Assembly (NCBI GenBank): GCA_035221665.1
Contig: CM069141.1
Location: 30,504,001-30,568,000, forward strand
Origin: Okamejei kenojei
Lineage: Eukaryota
DNA: 64,000 nt
Direction: 5' to 3'
Below, in pieces: positions 1 through 13,050 of the stretch (positions within the stretch are counted from its first letter, which is position 1; each line of letters begins with the position of its first letter). A program made the translations under genes and the position numbers. The notes beneath the pieces were generated by a model, which worked only from the letters and a program-made list of their open reading frames with translations, ran no database searches and was not told the DNA's origin.

Positions 1-390
1 ACTTGGGAATGGTGTCACATCTTCCAGCCTGATGCAATGCAGCCCTCAGGACTTATATTTGAGTTCAACAATTTCATATAATCAGCTATTCCAGTCTTCC
101 ATCTCATGTTTTCAATGTTGAGTTTGTTTTTTCCCCCAATTCTCTTCTCGTATTTCATATTTCGTTCATCACCTCCTAATTGTAACTCATCCTGCCGCAC
201 GTTGGCAATCTCCATCTGCTGGCATCACTTGTGTTCAGTTTCTCCTGGCCTCCCTGTGTCACAGACCTTCCCCTTTATTTCAAGTGTCCCTCCCCACGTT
301 CTATGTAACACTAAATCCGTTTCAATTTCAACTTTTTCTGGTTCTGAGGAAGTTATCAAAATGACATGCTGAGTATTCCCAGTGTTTTTA
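1..390 (+). mobile_element. Old Penelope-like element 3' fragment (GIY-YIG C-terminus plus 3' UTR)
   Basis: 19-81 reads IFQPDAMQPSGLIFEFNNFI*, resembling the vertebrate PLE ORF end (IFRLGxLQPSGxNIEFxNF*), followed by a pyrimidine-rich UTR and a degenerate terminal repeat. Confidence 0.6.
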
Positions 391-865
391 TTACTGGAAA
401 TAGGTTTGGCCATTCCCAAACCACTTTCAGACCATAAATGATCTTTCCTTCTTTGGAGTTTGTCTATCGTCCCTTGTTGCTTATGTAAACTTCTACATGT
501 GTGCAAAAGCCTGTTTATGTATATCAATGTATGTATTTGAGCCTCACAACTTCACTTTATTTTTAGCTATGTTTCTCATTGTTGGATGACTAGGTAATAA
601 CTAAAGTAATCATCTTCGTTTTCAACTTCATATTTTGCATCAGTAAACCCCATCAAAAATAAAATTATTGATGTTATTGCATCTTCAGAGTGATGTAAAC
701 ATTTGCTCTGCAGGTTTTCTAAAGTTCCTAATCGTTATGCCACCCACTGATAAGGCTTCAAATGGGTTTTTTTTTTAATGTCGTTACTGTACTTATACTT
801 GTTAAACATTCGAATTCTGAGTATACTGGAGCAATTTACACCTGAACATTGCACAAAGGTGGGTT

Positions 866-943
866 ACACAAAAAGCTGGAGAAACTCAGCGGGTGCAGCA
901 GCATCTAAGGAGCGAAGGAGATAGGTGACGTTTCGGGTCGAGG
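866..943 (-). mobile_element. Penelope-derived terminal-repeat fragment (half hammerhead motif)
   Basis: Matches the window-wide repeat acacaaaa-gctggag-aactcagcggg...taggtgacgtttcgggtcgag. Confidence 0.8.
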
Positions 944-3900
944 GTGTCTTGTTTCTGTTACCCTTTGACATGGATATGCTCTAACCTGGGTATATTTATA
1001 GCAAGGACATAACACTGGGGCAAATTCGCACTCAAAGTTAATTGCTTAATGGCTTCTATAGATATCAATTGAGTCATCAATTCTACCGAGTCCACAAGTT
1101 CACTGTAAGTTCTCCCGGCTGCATCATCACTGATGTAAGCTATGATGCAAATTGAAAATATCTACAATAGATGGTGACAGGACCCAATGCTGTATAAGCA
1201 AAGTCAAGCGTTCTGCTCAGTGGTGAGGGATGTTTACTGAAGATGGAAGATTTTGTTTAGCTTAGAATATATTTTGCAAGTTAAGCAAGTTTTTAGAGTA
1301 TCTGGCAGCCACTCTGCTGTGCACTGAAAACTGTGTAAGGGCTATTTTCTTAATTTTAAAAACTTAAACATTGCTTCTTGAATATTGTGGACTGCATTCC
1401 CTTTATTCTGCTAATATGTGAAGCTTCTGGGCATTCTATTAGCACAGTCATTCAATTCCTCATATAACATAACAGGGTGTCCCAGAGTTGCTATAGTTGA
1501 ACAAATGGAGAAAAAATAAAATGTAACCACAATTTCCAATCACCAGGCTTGTTAACAATTGCAACATGCTTAATATTTCTCGTAATACCTGAGATTAATA
1601 AGTTTATTTGCTTCAGATCATCATGCCATTTTCACATAAAATCATGATTTTTGCAGGGCATTCTTTGTTCTGCTAGAAATAAAGATTATGAGCACAAGAG
1701 ACATTTTTCACTTTTGCATCTCTTTATTTCCGGATAGATTTTAGCATCAGAAATGTGTAACTTCATCTACTGAAACTAAGCATTAGATTACGTGCATTTA
1801 AATTTTAGCTGGAAAGAATGTTTGTTGTATCACTCTGCAAACCTTTCACGCTTACAAGATTTATTTAGTGTGCCAGAGATGACTTTGTCCTAAATAATTA
1901 CTTCTGACTCAGTATGCAGAGATGTGCATCTATTTTGGTTAAAGATTTGTTGGCATAAATCTAAATTTAGTCATTCAAAAATGTGGTTTACTCTGACGAA
2001 TGACATAAAGTCATTCCGTTTGCACTTCTTACTTCAGCAATGTCAGGGGAAATTTAATACATTGTGAATTTTGCTAATATTTATTAAATGATTATGCTTT
2101 GATCCTCTAGTATGCCGGTCCAGCTGCAAAATTTCACTGACTTCTTGCTCTGTCGTTTTCGTTCTAGGTATTCAGAGCACTGTGCCTTTTTGTTCTTCGA
2201 AAAATCTTTTAATCAACAGTTTTGCAATTGCAGGGTGAATTCTGTTGATTCCATTCCAGAAGCGTTATGGATATCGTCATGATAATGTCATACTATAGTT
2301 TAGCCAACTGATAACCACCATTTGTTGCTTTTTCAAAATTCTCTAGTGAGTGGTAACTGTCTTCCAAAAGTCATAAAGATGAACTGCATCCAAAGTGTTG
2401 CAGTTTGAATAAATTTAGCACACACAATGCTAAAAGCCCTTTGTTTTTGTACTAACCTTGTGAAAGGACCATCCATTAAACTGCATTCTTCTCGTCTTCT
2501 CCTTGTAACTGTTCAATTTCTCATCTTGAAATATTCAACTTCCTTTTAATAGGTTGGACATTCAGTGGTGTTTACAGATTATATCCATGCGTTAATCATG
2601 AAGAAATTTGTAAACATGCATTGAATAGCAGAAGAGAAGAGATTTTTTTTTAATTGCAGTGAAGTATGACTCTAAGAAATAGGAGTTTACTGAACTTGAC
2701 CAGTCAACTTTGCATTAATCAACCTTTCAACACATATGAAAGGAATTTAATATTTTGCCTGGCATCTATTGAAGTTTTATTTGCCAGTCCTTTCATCAAA
2801 GAATTAATGGCTGGTTGCTGAAGAATTAGGTCAGTCTTTTGCATGGAATTTGACCCCTCTCAAAGTTAAGCTGGAACTTACCCTACTTTACTTGAAAATG
2901 GCTACTGCCAAAGTTCTCAGGAATCTAATGACAGCTTTGTTGTTAAATACGATACAACACATTTTCTGGATCAAAAGGGAGCTGTAAATTTATACAAGTG
3001 TGAGAAATGCCTGCAATAAAATCTTTTCATTATAATATATAAAGATTTGAAATTTGATATAAAATAACATGAAAATTCTCAATTGCTTTTTATTGTCAGA
3101 ACACTTTTTTTTAGCTTAAAAAGAAAAACAATGAACAATGAAAAACGGTGTGAACAATGGTTTATGCAGACCTCTTTCCAGCTCATTTTGCACCATCCAC
3201 ATTCAATTAGATCTGGGGGACACAAAAAATATTGCATAAATGGGAAATCTTATTCATCAACTGATCTGTGAAAATTAAAACTAAAGCCTGAGAATCTATA
3301 TGTAATTCAGTAATTTCATGGCTATCACAAATTGCAATGCAAGTTCCACTTTCGGGATTTGGACTAGTAGATTATCCCCCCAATAGATGAGCAGAGGTGA
3401 AGAAGGATTGTGTATTGAAAGAAGAGCAGGAAGGGAGAGGAATAGGAAGTGAGAGAGGTTAGAGAATAGTCTTTCTGAGAAATATGTCTGGGGGTGCTGA
3501 GAATTGGGAGGAGCAAGAAGTTGGCCAAACTGACTTGGATACTCTCAGTACAATCCTAGGCATGACCCACACTCTCCGTTGTACAAATATAATTTGACAT
3601 GTGATGTATGTTTTTTTAAAAGATTGTAGGATTGTAGATTTTTAAAACTAAAAGGCAGGATAAACAAAACCTTGAATGCATTTAGTCACGAGGATTTGCA
3701 AAAGAAGGAGAACGATTGCTGATGCGAATTTCTATCGTTATCGTACATTTCTTAAGTTATCAGTACTTTTCATAACGTCCACCATAAGAATTTCTGGGGA
3801 AATAAGTGCAGAATTAATCTGGATTCACTTGAGAACTGAAATTTTAGCTAGTGGTTTATTTACGGAATAGTCTTCATTGAACCATTTTCTGCAACCTCGG

Positions 3901-5390
3901 TTTGATGACCATCTTTGGGATTTAGTTTTAAATATCTACCTAGGAGATTTTAATGCCCTTGCCCATTTGCGTCTCCCTATAAAATGGAGGTTGGTCAAAA
4001 ACAAGTGCTCAACAGTGTCTGCATGTTTTCCACCCAGAAATCAGTACTAAAACATAACCTGCTTGGTTCCTGTTTGGGCATTTGAAGCCGTTGTTGAAGC
4101 TTTGCAGTGTAACAACCAACAAAGGGAATTGGCTGTTAAAGAGATTCCCCATGACAGCCAGAGAGCAGTATACACACTGTGACACAAAAAAGCAGGAAAG
4201 CAAGAAAATTCTATAATTTATACAGAGAGACATATAGATGCCCCTTACCAAGATACAAGCCAGAAGGGAAAGCTTTAGCACCAAATGTTCAGGAGATCAT
4301 CCGCCCCCATAAATTAAAAGCATAACAGGAGTGGCTCTATTGCCGCCTTCAGAATTAAAAATCTAGTCATAAAGGAACAGGGTACTAAGAAATGTAATTA
4401 GTTACAAATGAGTGAGCCCGAGAGTACTAAAAATGTTTTTTTTTTTCATTTTGATTCATGCCACACATTTGCAGTTTACTTTCATACACATCTTCATCTT
4501 GTACAGAGTCTGCACTAATTGCATATTGAGCTGGAGAATGGCAAAGGCAGCAGGGATCAGATCCCTCTGTGTTGGCCAACTCAGCAGGTTTGGAAGGAGA
4601 AATTAAGATCTTGTGGTCTGGGTGTCAGAGGGTTACGCACCATTGTCTAGGCAGACCCTGAGAGGCTCAGTATATTGATGTCCACCTTAATGGGGTCAGC
4701 AAGTTACCTCCCACCCAGACTGCTCCTTCCATTGGCACTGGGCAGCAGTCTGAAGCTAGTACATCTATAGCGAGAGCTGCTCATGGGTCACCTAACTGGT
4801 TTTGAAGGGAAAGGGAGCGGTCTTCCAGCAGCTTGACTGGGACATCAGCATTGTCATTACAACATTGAAACCCAGCTCGTTGGTCAGAAGATAACAGTGA
4901 TGAGGTGTTTACCTGGAAAAGTAATAGTAATAATCTCCAGACGATATGTTCTCTCATTTCATATTGTTATAAGTAATTTTCAATTACACATAACATTTAT
5001 CTTCAGACCATCTTTCAGTCATTTGGCACCTGCTGATATTCCTGTACATGACTGATGCTTCACTTGGTATGGATGGTGGCTGAAGATCACACTTGATTGC
5101 TGCCAACTGCTGAGGGAGGCTTCTTAGTTAAAAGGGATTGCCTCACTCCAGCACAATACTCAGTGGGGAATGAGTATGACCACTGCAATTAATTCAGTTC
5201 TTGCTTTGGAATTCTGTTTACCCTCAAAGGTTTTGAACGGTACACTTTGAGAGAGGGACTCCATGAGAGGCTAAAGGATCGAAGTAAGGTTGAATGATGA
5301 ACTTGACCAAATATCCTAGGCCAAAGATAGACACAAAATACTGGAGTAACTCAGCAGGTCAGGCAGCATCTCTGGAGAAAAGGAATAGGT

Positions 5391-5896
5391 TATAGGAAAG
5401 ATATTGTCAAGCTTGAAAGGGTTCAGAATTGATTTAAAAGGATGTTGCCAGGATTGGAGGGTGCGAGCTATGGGGAGAGGTTGAGTAGGCTGGGTCTCTA
5501 TTCCATGGAGCGTAGGAGGATGAGGGGAGATCTTATAGAAGTGTACAAAATCATGAGAGGAATAGATTGGGTAGATGCACAGAGTATTTTGGCCCAGAGT
5601 AGGGGAATCGAGGACAAGAGGTTCAAGGTGAAGGGGAAACGATTTAATAGGATTCAGAGGGGTAACTTTTTCAAGTTACAAGCTTGGGTGTATGGAACAA
5701 GCAGCCAGAGGAGATAGTTGAGACTGGGACTATCCCATCATTTAAGAAATAGTTGGACAGGTACATGGATAGGACAGGTTTGGAATGTTATGGACTAAGC
5801 GCAGGCAAGTGGGTCTAGGGTAGCTTGGACATTGTTGGCTGGTGTTGGCGAGTTAGGCCGAAGGGCCTGTTTCCACACTATATAACTCTATGACCC
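5391..5896 (+). mobile_element. CR1 LINE 3' fragment
   Basis: ORF 5442-5717 (MLPGLEGASYGERLSRLGLYSMERRRMRGDLIEVYKIMRG) is a CR1 ORF2 C-terminus. CR1 tail ggccgaagggcctgtttcc...ctctatgac. TAGGT duplicated at 5386-5390 and 5897-5901. Confidence 0.92.
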
Positions 5897-5935
5897 TAGG
5901 TGACATTTCAGGCTGAGACCCTTCATCAGACCCCT
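5897..5935 (-). ncRNA. Minimal hammerhead ribozyme motif (Penelope type)
   Basis: Reverse complement is GGGGU CUGAUGA A GGGUCUCAGCCU GAAA UGUC ACCUA. Core boxes are intact and GGU/ACC can form stem I. Confidence 0.6.
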
Positions 5936-6714
5936 GATATATCCTAGGCCATCTGTTTTCTAGAAACCTTAATTTCTGGGATGAAGAGTCACTTGAACAG
6001 GTGAGCTAGCATTAGATACAATAGATTCCTTGAGCAGGATATCATGAGAATAGAGTGATCACATTGAATTGGTATGAACAGAGTAAAGTTGCCCATTGCC
6101 CATTGTGTGTCTTGAACTGGGCTGTTGGTTGAATGCCTTCAACCTAATCTTATGACTTCACAAACTGGCAAGTCCAAATTTTGGTTTTGGTGTGATTTCA
6201 CCTGGAAACAATCCCCAGTGCAATTTACACTGAGTGATGCTTTTTGGCGATGTATAGATATTTTCAGCGATCGGTGGCCTTTTTGAAAATGTAGATTTCT
6301 GTTTATTTGAATGCATTAAAAAGTTGTATTTGAAAATGAATGAAAGTTCCTCAGTGCATGCAGATAACCTGTTTGCTTCAAGGAAATATTTTGTAAAGTA
6401 AATTGTGGAATTTTTGGTATGGTATCTCATCATGTTCTCATGGTATTTCAGGTGCTTTACAGCTCGTGATTACATGTTGCAATGCAGTCATTATTCTGTG
6501 AACCCTCAAAGCAGCCAAATGATCTATGGAAAGATCCCACTAATGGGAAAGCAAATTATTAAATGATGAGCAGCACACCTAGAAATGTCTCAGTTTTAGA
6601 CATCTGATAATTTATCATGCACCTGGCTCCCTACAGATTTGTGTATTGTAGAACAAGTATTGTATAAATACTTATAGACCTCTCCTCTGGGACCTTCAAT
6701 ACCAAGGTTCTGAA

Positions 6715-6780
6715 GGTTCTGAAGGGAGCCTTTAAGGGTAGGTTGGGGTTCTGAAGGGAGCCTTTAAGGGTAGGTTGGGG
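6715..6780. repeat. 32-bp tandem duplication
   Basis: GGTTCTGAAGGGAGCCTTTAAGGGTAGGTTGG x2 (6715-6746, 6747-6778). Confidence 0.95.
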
Positions 6781-7406
6781 TAAAGTGAGGAGAAGATTGC
6801 ATGAAGATGAATGGTGATTGGAATAAGGGTACATGGACATGATTAGTGTGGCAAAGAGATGATGGGGTGGATTCAGGGGAGATGATTGAAGGAATAACAT
6901 TGGAGGGCTTATATTGGTGATGAGAGTGCCTGATAATATGCTTAGAATGGAGAGAATTTAATATAGATTTATGGGGAATGAACCAGAGGAAATGGCTTGG
7001 TCGGAACAATCCTTAAGGATGAAACTTCAAACTCCCAAGCAATATCACAGTTAGAGTGAGACTTACCACAAACATCAAACTAGGCCTCAATCATCTAAGA
7101 TTAGATCCTTACCACTCTGGAGTTTTGTAAAAAGATTGAATGTCATGGAGTTCATTCAGGTGTTGTACTCAATCGATGTCAATGCTCAGCCCAATGGGCT
7201 CCATAAGAGATATGCGGATGGAGGAACAAAATCGGCCATATTAATTGTTTTCTATTAATATTAATTTACATGGCATGGTGAAACATTGCAGCCAATCAAG
7301 AAAATGTCTGGGCCAAAATGTTTTGTTATTTATGGTTGAGAAGCAGAGGCACATTAGCCAGAACTGGCAGCTCGTGCTGTAGGAAGGAATTGGATTCTCT
7401 CAAGAT

Positions 7407-7504
7407 CAGTCTGAAGAAGGGACTTGACCCAAAACGTCACCGCTTCCTTCTTTCCAGAGATGTTGCCTGTCCCGCTGAGTTACTCCAACATTTTGTGTCT
7501 ACCC
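7407..7504 (+). mobile_element. Penelope-derived repeat with degenerate hammerhead motif
   Basis: ctgaagaagggacttgacccaaaacgtcacc...ttttgtgtctacc. TGGATTCTC repeated at 7391-7399 and 7505-7513. Confidence 0.85.
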
Positions 7505-8559
7505 TGGATTCTCAAAGGCTCATTCAAAGCTCATCTAAAAGACAGTAGGTTGGAAATATGTCCTTGTGCTGTTGCTAAATTTGTCCTTGTGCTGGTGTTA
7601 AAGGTGCAGTATGCAGTTCTAATGCCATTTCTCAAATTGGGTTCCAAAAACATCACTGTTTAACTATGCATGTGCAGATGGCTGAAGTAATGATAAGCAC
7701 TGACAGTTTCACTATTATTACAACTGGAAACTTTGGACCCTTGTTGCTGTTTAAAATCATGCTAAGCACAAGAATGGCAGCATGAGAGATAACAATTAGG
7801 GATATATTGACCATAGACTTTGGCTGTGTACCCTTGCCACAAAGAATAACCCATTCATTATAATTAATTGTGAATGACAACTTTCATCGTGTTCATTGCT
7901 GCTGATTAGAATGTCTATTAATAATGCTGGCACAGTGGAATGAAATATGTAAATATAATGGTCACAATGAGTGATTGGATATGATAGATTAGTTTTTTTG
8001 AGTTGTCTTTCTTTTTATGGTGGTGTCTGAGAATCCCAAAGAATACCATTATTTTCTGCAATGTCTAAAGTACATTCTTCTTGAAGATCTCACAGTTGAC
8101 TCAGTGACATTTGAACTAAAGCTCACTAAATCCTGCAGCACAGCGTTCAAATAAGCCCAGTTTCCCCAGTGTGGGAGTTTTTTTCTTATGACAGATTATT
8201 CTTTAACAATTCAGACTAATTTTGTTTAAAGACCGTGATGACATATTTAAGAGCTAAGAGAGTTTTATTGCTTCTATAGCGTACAAATTACATGTTCAGG
8301 CAAATATTTCTCAATGATTAAGTTGACAGACAATGAAGAAGACAGCAAAATAAAGATCTTTGTTGACATATCAATAATATTTCAAGAAACTTACAATATC
8401 TTTCAGTCACAGGTTACCACTATTTTGACTGGTCCTTTTCAAAATTGCTTGACTAGTCTTTCAAGATTTGCCTGAATTTCTGATTTTTCTCAGATTCTGC
8501 AAATCCCTTAACTGTTCTTAATCTTAACCTCAAAAAATAAGAGTTCTGTCTGAAAGGAA

Positions 8560-9150
8560 AGGGTGGAGAAATACATGGCATGACAAATTGACACATTCCT
8601 CATGGTAGCTGGAAGCAGGTTGAGAATGTATAAGATTATAACCCTAAATATATAACTTTTCTTTTGAAATGTGTAAGGAACATAATAAGATAACTACAAT
8701 TGGGAACATAATAAATAAAAATAGAAAATTTGGTCACCACTCTGATTAGAGTTCAGGCTATTTTAAAGAACTTGAACTGCAAACTCCATTTGTTCTTAAT
8801 TAGGATTCATTTTATGGATGATTAATCTTTCTAGATGCTAATTGCAGCCATGTACCTTGTCACTGTGTCAAGGGTTCTCCCAATGAATCCCTGTCACATT
8901 GTGAGCTGTAGGTTTCAGTTGGCTGCTTAAAGTTAGTGATGGCAGAAATCTCCTGTCTGCCTCATAAGCAAGGATGGAGAAAAATATGGGAGGACATATC
9001 AACACAATTTTCTCTTGACAGCTCAGAACAGCTTGAGAATGTATAAAATTATAACCCTTCTCTTTTGATCTCTTAAAGGAGGGATGTATTTCATCGGAGG
9101 CCAAGTGGGAAGAGTGGGAATTACATAATAAAAACGGAAGTTCTGGAATA
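8560..9150. repeat. Old diverged local duplication, period about 410 bp
   Basis: ttgagaatgtataagattataaccct (~8619) versus ttgagaatgtataaaattataaccct (~9032), with alignable flanks. Confidence 0.65.
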
Positions 9151-9585
9151 AATGCAAAGTGCACTTTGAAATTTACCTTTTAACTGTTATTCTTTGCCTT
9201 TTCTTTTCATAGTACGATGTTTTTAGTACTGATCATTTTTCAGGAAGGTGTGATGAATGTGTAATTATAATCCTCCTAAGAGCAATCAAATGAAAACAAA
9301 ACTTCCTTTATAATTGGTTCTATGTATTACTGGCAGCAATGGCCATTCCTGAACATCCACCAGTCATGGCAGATCTAAAGGTGGCAAAAGAGTCTGTAAT
9401 GGGCTCCTAACAACCAGTGTGCCTCTGCCTGATATTTGGATGAACTACTTCAGTTATCACACTTCAGCCCAAGTCACCAGCTTCCAACAAGGCTATTGGA
9501 TCTGACTGTCATATTTAATATTAGTCTAGTGTGCATTGGGACCACACATGCTATTTGGTGACCAGGTCCAATGGCATGGCAGGAC

Positions 9586-9878
9586 TTTAGAGATACAACT
9601 CGGGAAAAGGCCTGTCGGTACCTCCGAGGCTGCGCCGACCAGCAATCCCCCCATAGACAAACACTATCCTACATTCCAGGGACAATTTACAATTTTTAAC
9701 AAAGGCAATTTACCTACAAACCTGTACGTCTTTGGAGTGTGCGAGGAAACCGGAGCATCCGGAGAAAACCCAAGGAAGAACATACAAACTCCATACAGTC
9801 AGCACCCGTAGTCAGGATCGAAACCAGGTCGCTGGCACTGCAAGGCAGCAACTCTACCACTGTGACATTGTGCTGCCC
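9586..9878 (-). mobile_element. tRNA-derived V-SINE (HE1-like)
   Basis: tRNA-like head with A/B boxes, V-domain core and CR1-like tail. Same family as 48018, 57880 and 60092. Confidence 0.85.
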
Positions 9879-11699
9879 TGATAATATCCCAGACAATGAC
9901 TGTGGTTACTTGCATTTTGCTTCATAACCATGAGGCCCACAATCTTTCACCACCGCCTCAGCCTCTGACAGCTTTTGTGATGAATCTTTGTCAGGAACCT
10001 CTCTTCCAACCTTACCACCATTGATGGCCCTACCTAGAGTATAAGTTCTGTACAGCATTATTCTTGGGTCAGTGGAAACTGCAGTGCTGTCCAGCACAGC
10101 AATATGACGATCCACAGAGAGGAAAATATTGTGCAATAAAACTGATAGTACAGTTATAAAACTCATGGAGAAGATGCATTGTGATAACTGGAAGCTTTTA
10201 CCAGCAATTGAGAAAGTCATTCATGATAAATTTTGAGACAAATGTTACCCCATTAAAAAAAGATGAATTGATTATGGTAATCTACCTTCCCCATCTCTCA
10301 TAGCAAAGCAGAGGAAAGTCATGCAAAGGATACTTCTTTATCTTTAATGGTTTTTATAGTTTAAGCCTGGGGACCTGGAGTATAATTATAATTTTACATC
10401 CTTGCCTGATTCAGCAAGAGGAGCTTTCTGGTAATTTGCATAATTTACAGTATGTTTAGAATCAGAAGCTATTAGTTTAATTATTATTCTGTAATCTTAA
10501 CTACATTTCATCTCATCTTGGTCCTTTTTAATCACATATTATAACTTAACATTGTCTTAACCCCGACAACCTTCAAATATCCTTTTTGTAATTTTGCCTG
10601 TTTTTTTTAAATGCAGGTTGCTCTAGCAAGTTTTGCTGAATCACTTAGAGTTTCACATTGTCTAGAGCTAAGAGGCAGGATGTGGTTTTACAAGAGGACA
10701 TAAGTTGCCTTAAACGCTGAAGGCACAAGATGCCCCAAATGAATAAAAATACTTAAAACTTGTACGTAAATGATGGGGATTTGAATGCAGGTACAGAATT
10801 TAATGGAGGTCAACATGTTGATGACTCCAAATTGTTCATAAAAATAGCTTTCAGAATATTTACAGACTATTATGGTCACTAAATAATTGATGGAAATCAA
10901 TTTTTAATGGAAAATAAATGTTGACACCAAACAGGAATTCTTAAGATGTAATTCTTCTGATGAAGTAAATTTTGTGCAAATGTCGCTGGTGCATAACACC
11001 ATTGTACATGTGCCATGTAATTGAGCAGAAAAGCAGACATCCAAATGTACATTGTGTGCAATGAATGCCACTGCATATGTCTGGCACTTCCACGGTAGAC
11101 TGACAATTTTTTGTCAAAGAAATCGTGAGAAAATTATTGGTTGTCCGGATGAATTCTACCATGTTGCGCAAATAGACTTTGCACTATGTTAAAGTTTCAA
11201 GTTCACTGGATTCTGTGCTTCTCTCTGTGCTTTTAATATTTATTTTTCAATTGATAAGGTGCTATATACTTTCAAGTTGTCATTGCCAAAATCATTTGAC
11301 ATGGCAATTGCTGTGCTTCACTCCCTTGAACCTGTAACTGCTTTTGACCTTTGACCAAAACCATTCTCAACTGATGCCCAGATAGTAGCCACTCTTAATC
11401 TGCTCTTAGCTCTGTTTCTTGCCTGAGGTGTCTACAGGTTCTTGCGTTATTGTCCACCGAGACAAGTACTGACAAAAATAAAAATCAGTACTATATGAAC
11501 AGCAATGGCTCTTCAACAGTGAGTTTTAAGACCTCAAAGAGCATCTCTACATTCTACTCCAAATGCCTTGTTATCTTTGAGTGGGGATATGGCCTTCTTG
11601 TTTACCGGGACAGTTAGGAAGGCTGGGCTGCAAAAGCCTACTTAACTCTGCCTTTTATTTTAAACCAACTCCAGTCCTGTGGCATACTGACAAGTGATA

Positions 11700-12421
11700 G
11701 ATGGGGTGAAGTGTTAGAGAATCTCAACATGTTGGGTCCAGTGATGGGACACAGTTGCGACAGCCTGTAAAGTTCTTGACTCCCGGCAAGCCGCATGTAG
11801 CTTTCTCCACTGCCAATTAAAACTGCCATGTGGTCTCCTGACTTCCTCTCTGAAGTCAGCAACAGGTTTCTTGGGCTGGGTGACATTAAGCGAGAGGTTT
11901 TTGTTGTAGCACCACACAACCAGATTCACTAGCTCGTTCCTGTTTGTTAACTCATCACCACCCATGAATCCGTCAACCACAGTGTTGTCATCGGTGAATT
12001 TATAGATGGCACAAGAGTTATGCCACACAGTATTGGGAATTAAGAAAGTGGAGCAGGAGGCTAGCACCAACCTTGAGGTGTGCCCGTGTCGGTGGTCAGT
12101 GAGGAAGAGATGTTGCTACCAATCTGCACCAATTGAGGTCTGCCGATGAGGAGGTCAAGTATTCAGTTGCAAAGGAAGGTACAGAGGACCAGGTCTTGGA
12201 GTCGGGTGATGAGTTTGGAAGGGAAGGCAGTGTTGAATGCCAAGCTGTCATCAATGAATAGAAACCTGTGTTTGTGTGATGCAGTGAAGAACCACTCAAA
12301 TAGCATCTGCTGCTGACCGGTTGTTCAATAGGCAAATTGAAGTGGATCCAGGTCATTTCTGAGGCAGGAATTGATTTGCATCATGACCAACCTCTCAAAG
12401 TACTTCATTGCAGTGGATGTG
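11700..12421 (-). mobile_element. Rex1/Babar LINE RT fragment, degenerate
   Basis: ORF 11714-12070 contains IYKFTDDNTVV (F/YADD box) and NLSLNV. Upstream TGTPQG-like motif. Confidence 0.85.
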
Positions 12422-12562
12422 AGTTTAGTTTAGAGATACAGCGTAGAAATAGATTTGCAGTGATCACATGCAAACTCTGTACACACAGCACCCGTGTTCA
12501 GGTTCGAACGTGGGTCTCAAACGCTGTAAAGTAGGAACTACGACTGCACTACCATGCCGCCC
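12422..12562 (-). mobile_element. Internally deleted V-SINE inserted in the Rex1 fragment
   Basis: gtttagtttagagatacagc tail joined to the tRNA head ...accatgccgccc. Confidence 0.75.
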
Positions 12563-12589
12563 TATGCTACCAAATAGTAATCAATAATA

Positions 12590-13050
12590 ATCATTCACCC
12601 CCTGGAATCATTTTGAAAAATCTTGCCTGCATTCTCCCTAAGATTTCACCTCTTTCCCAAAGTGAGATAGCTAGTATATATGAACTGAAGAATCCCATGT
12701 CTCCAATTAGTATCATGGGTTCTGATCGTCTACCCTATCTATGCCTCTCATAATGTTATATTCCTCCATCAGATCGCCCCACATTCCAGAGAAAACAAAC
12801 CAAGTCTGCCAACCCTTTAGCCAATGCTCCCTAATCCAGGCATTATAAAGATAAACCTCCTCAGCATCCTTTCCAAACCTTTCACATCCTTCCTGTAATG
12901 GGGCAACCAGAACTGCAACTGCATTCCAAATGCAGCCTAAGCAAAGTCCTACAAAATTACATCACAACTGCCTGGACTTTTATACTCAGGACCCCAACCT
13001 ACGAAATCAAACATACCATATGCCGTCTTTACCATTCTAACTACTTATGG
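12590..13050 (-). mobile_element. CR1 ORF2 fragment, degenerate
   Basis: Reverse complement encodes LGLFSLE..GDLMEEYNIMRGIDRVD-like CR1 motifs. Confidence 0.75.

Larger units (their letters stand above)
5324..5938 (-). mobile_element. Penelope-derived insertion with 13-bp TSD, split by a CR1 insertion
   Basis: ATATCCTAGGCCA at 5311-5323 and 5939-5951. Repeat halves at 5324-5390 and 5897-5938. Confidence 0.85.

Noticed and set aside
6515-6568. SQMIYGKIPLM resembles the GDF8/GDF11 C-terminus (QIIYGKIP)
   Set aside because: Upstream residues and the terminal cysteine motif do not match, so this is a short chance similarity.
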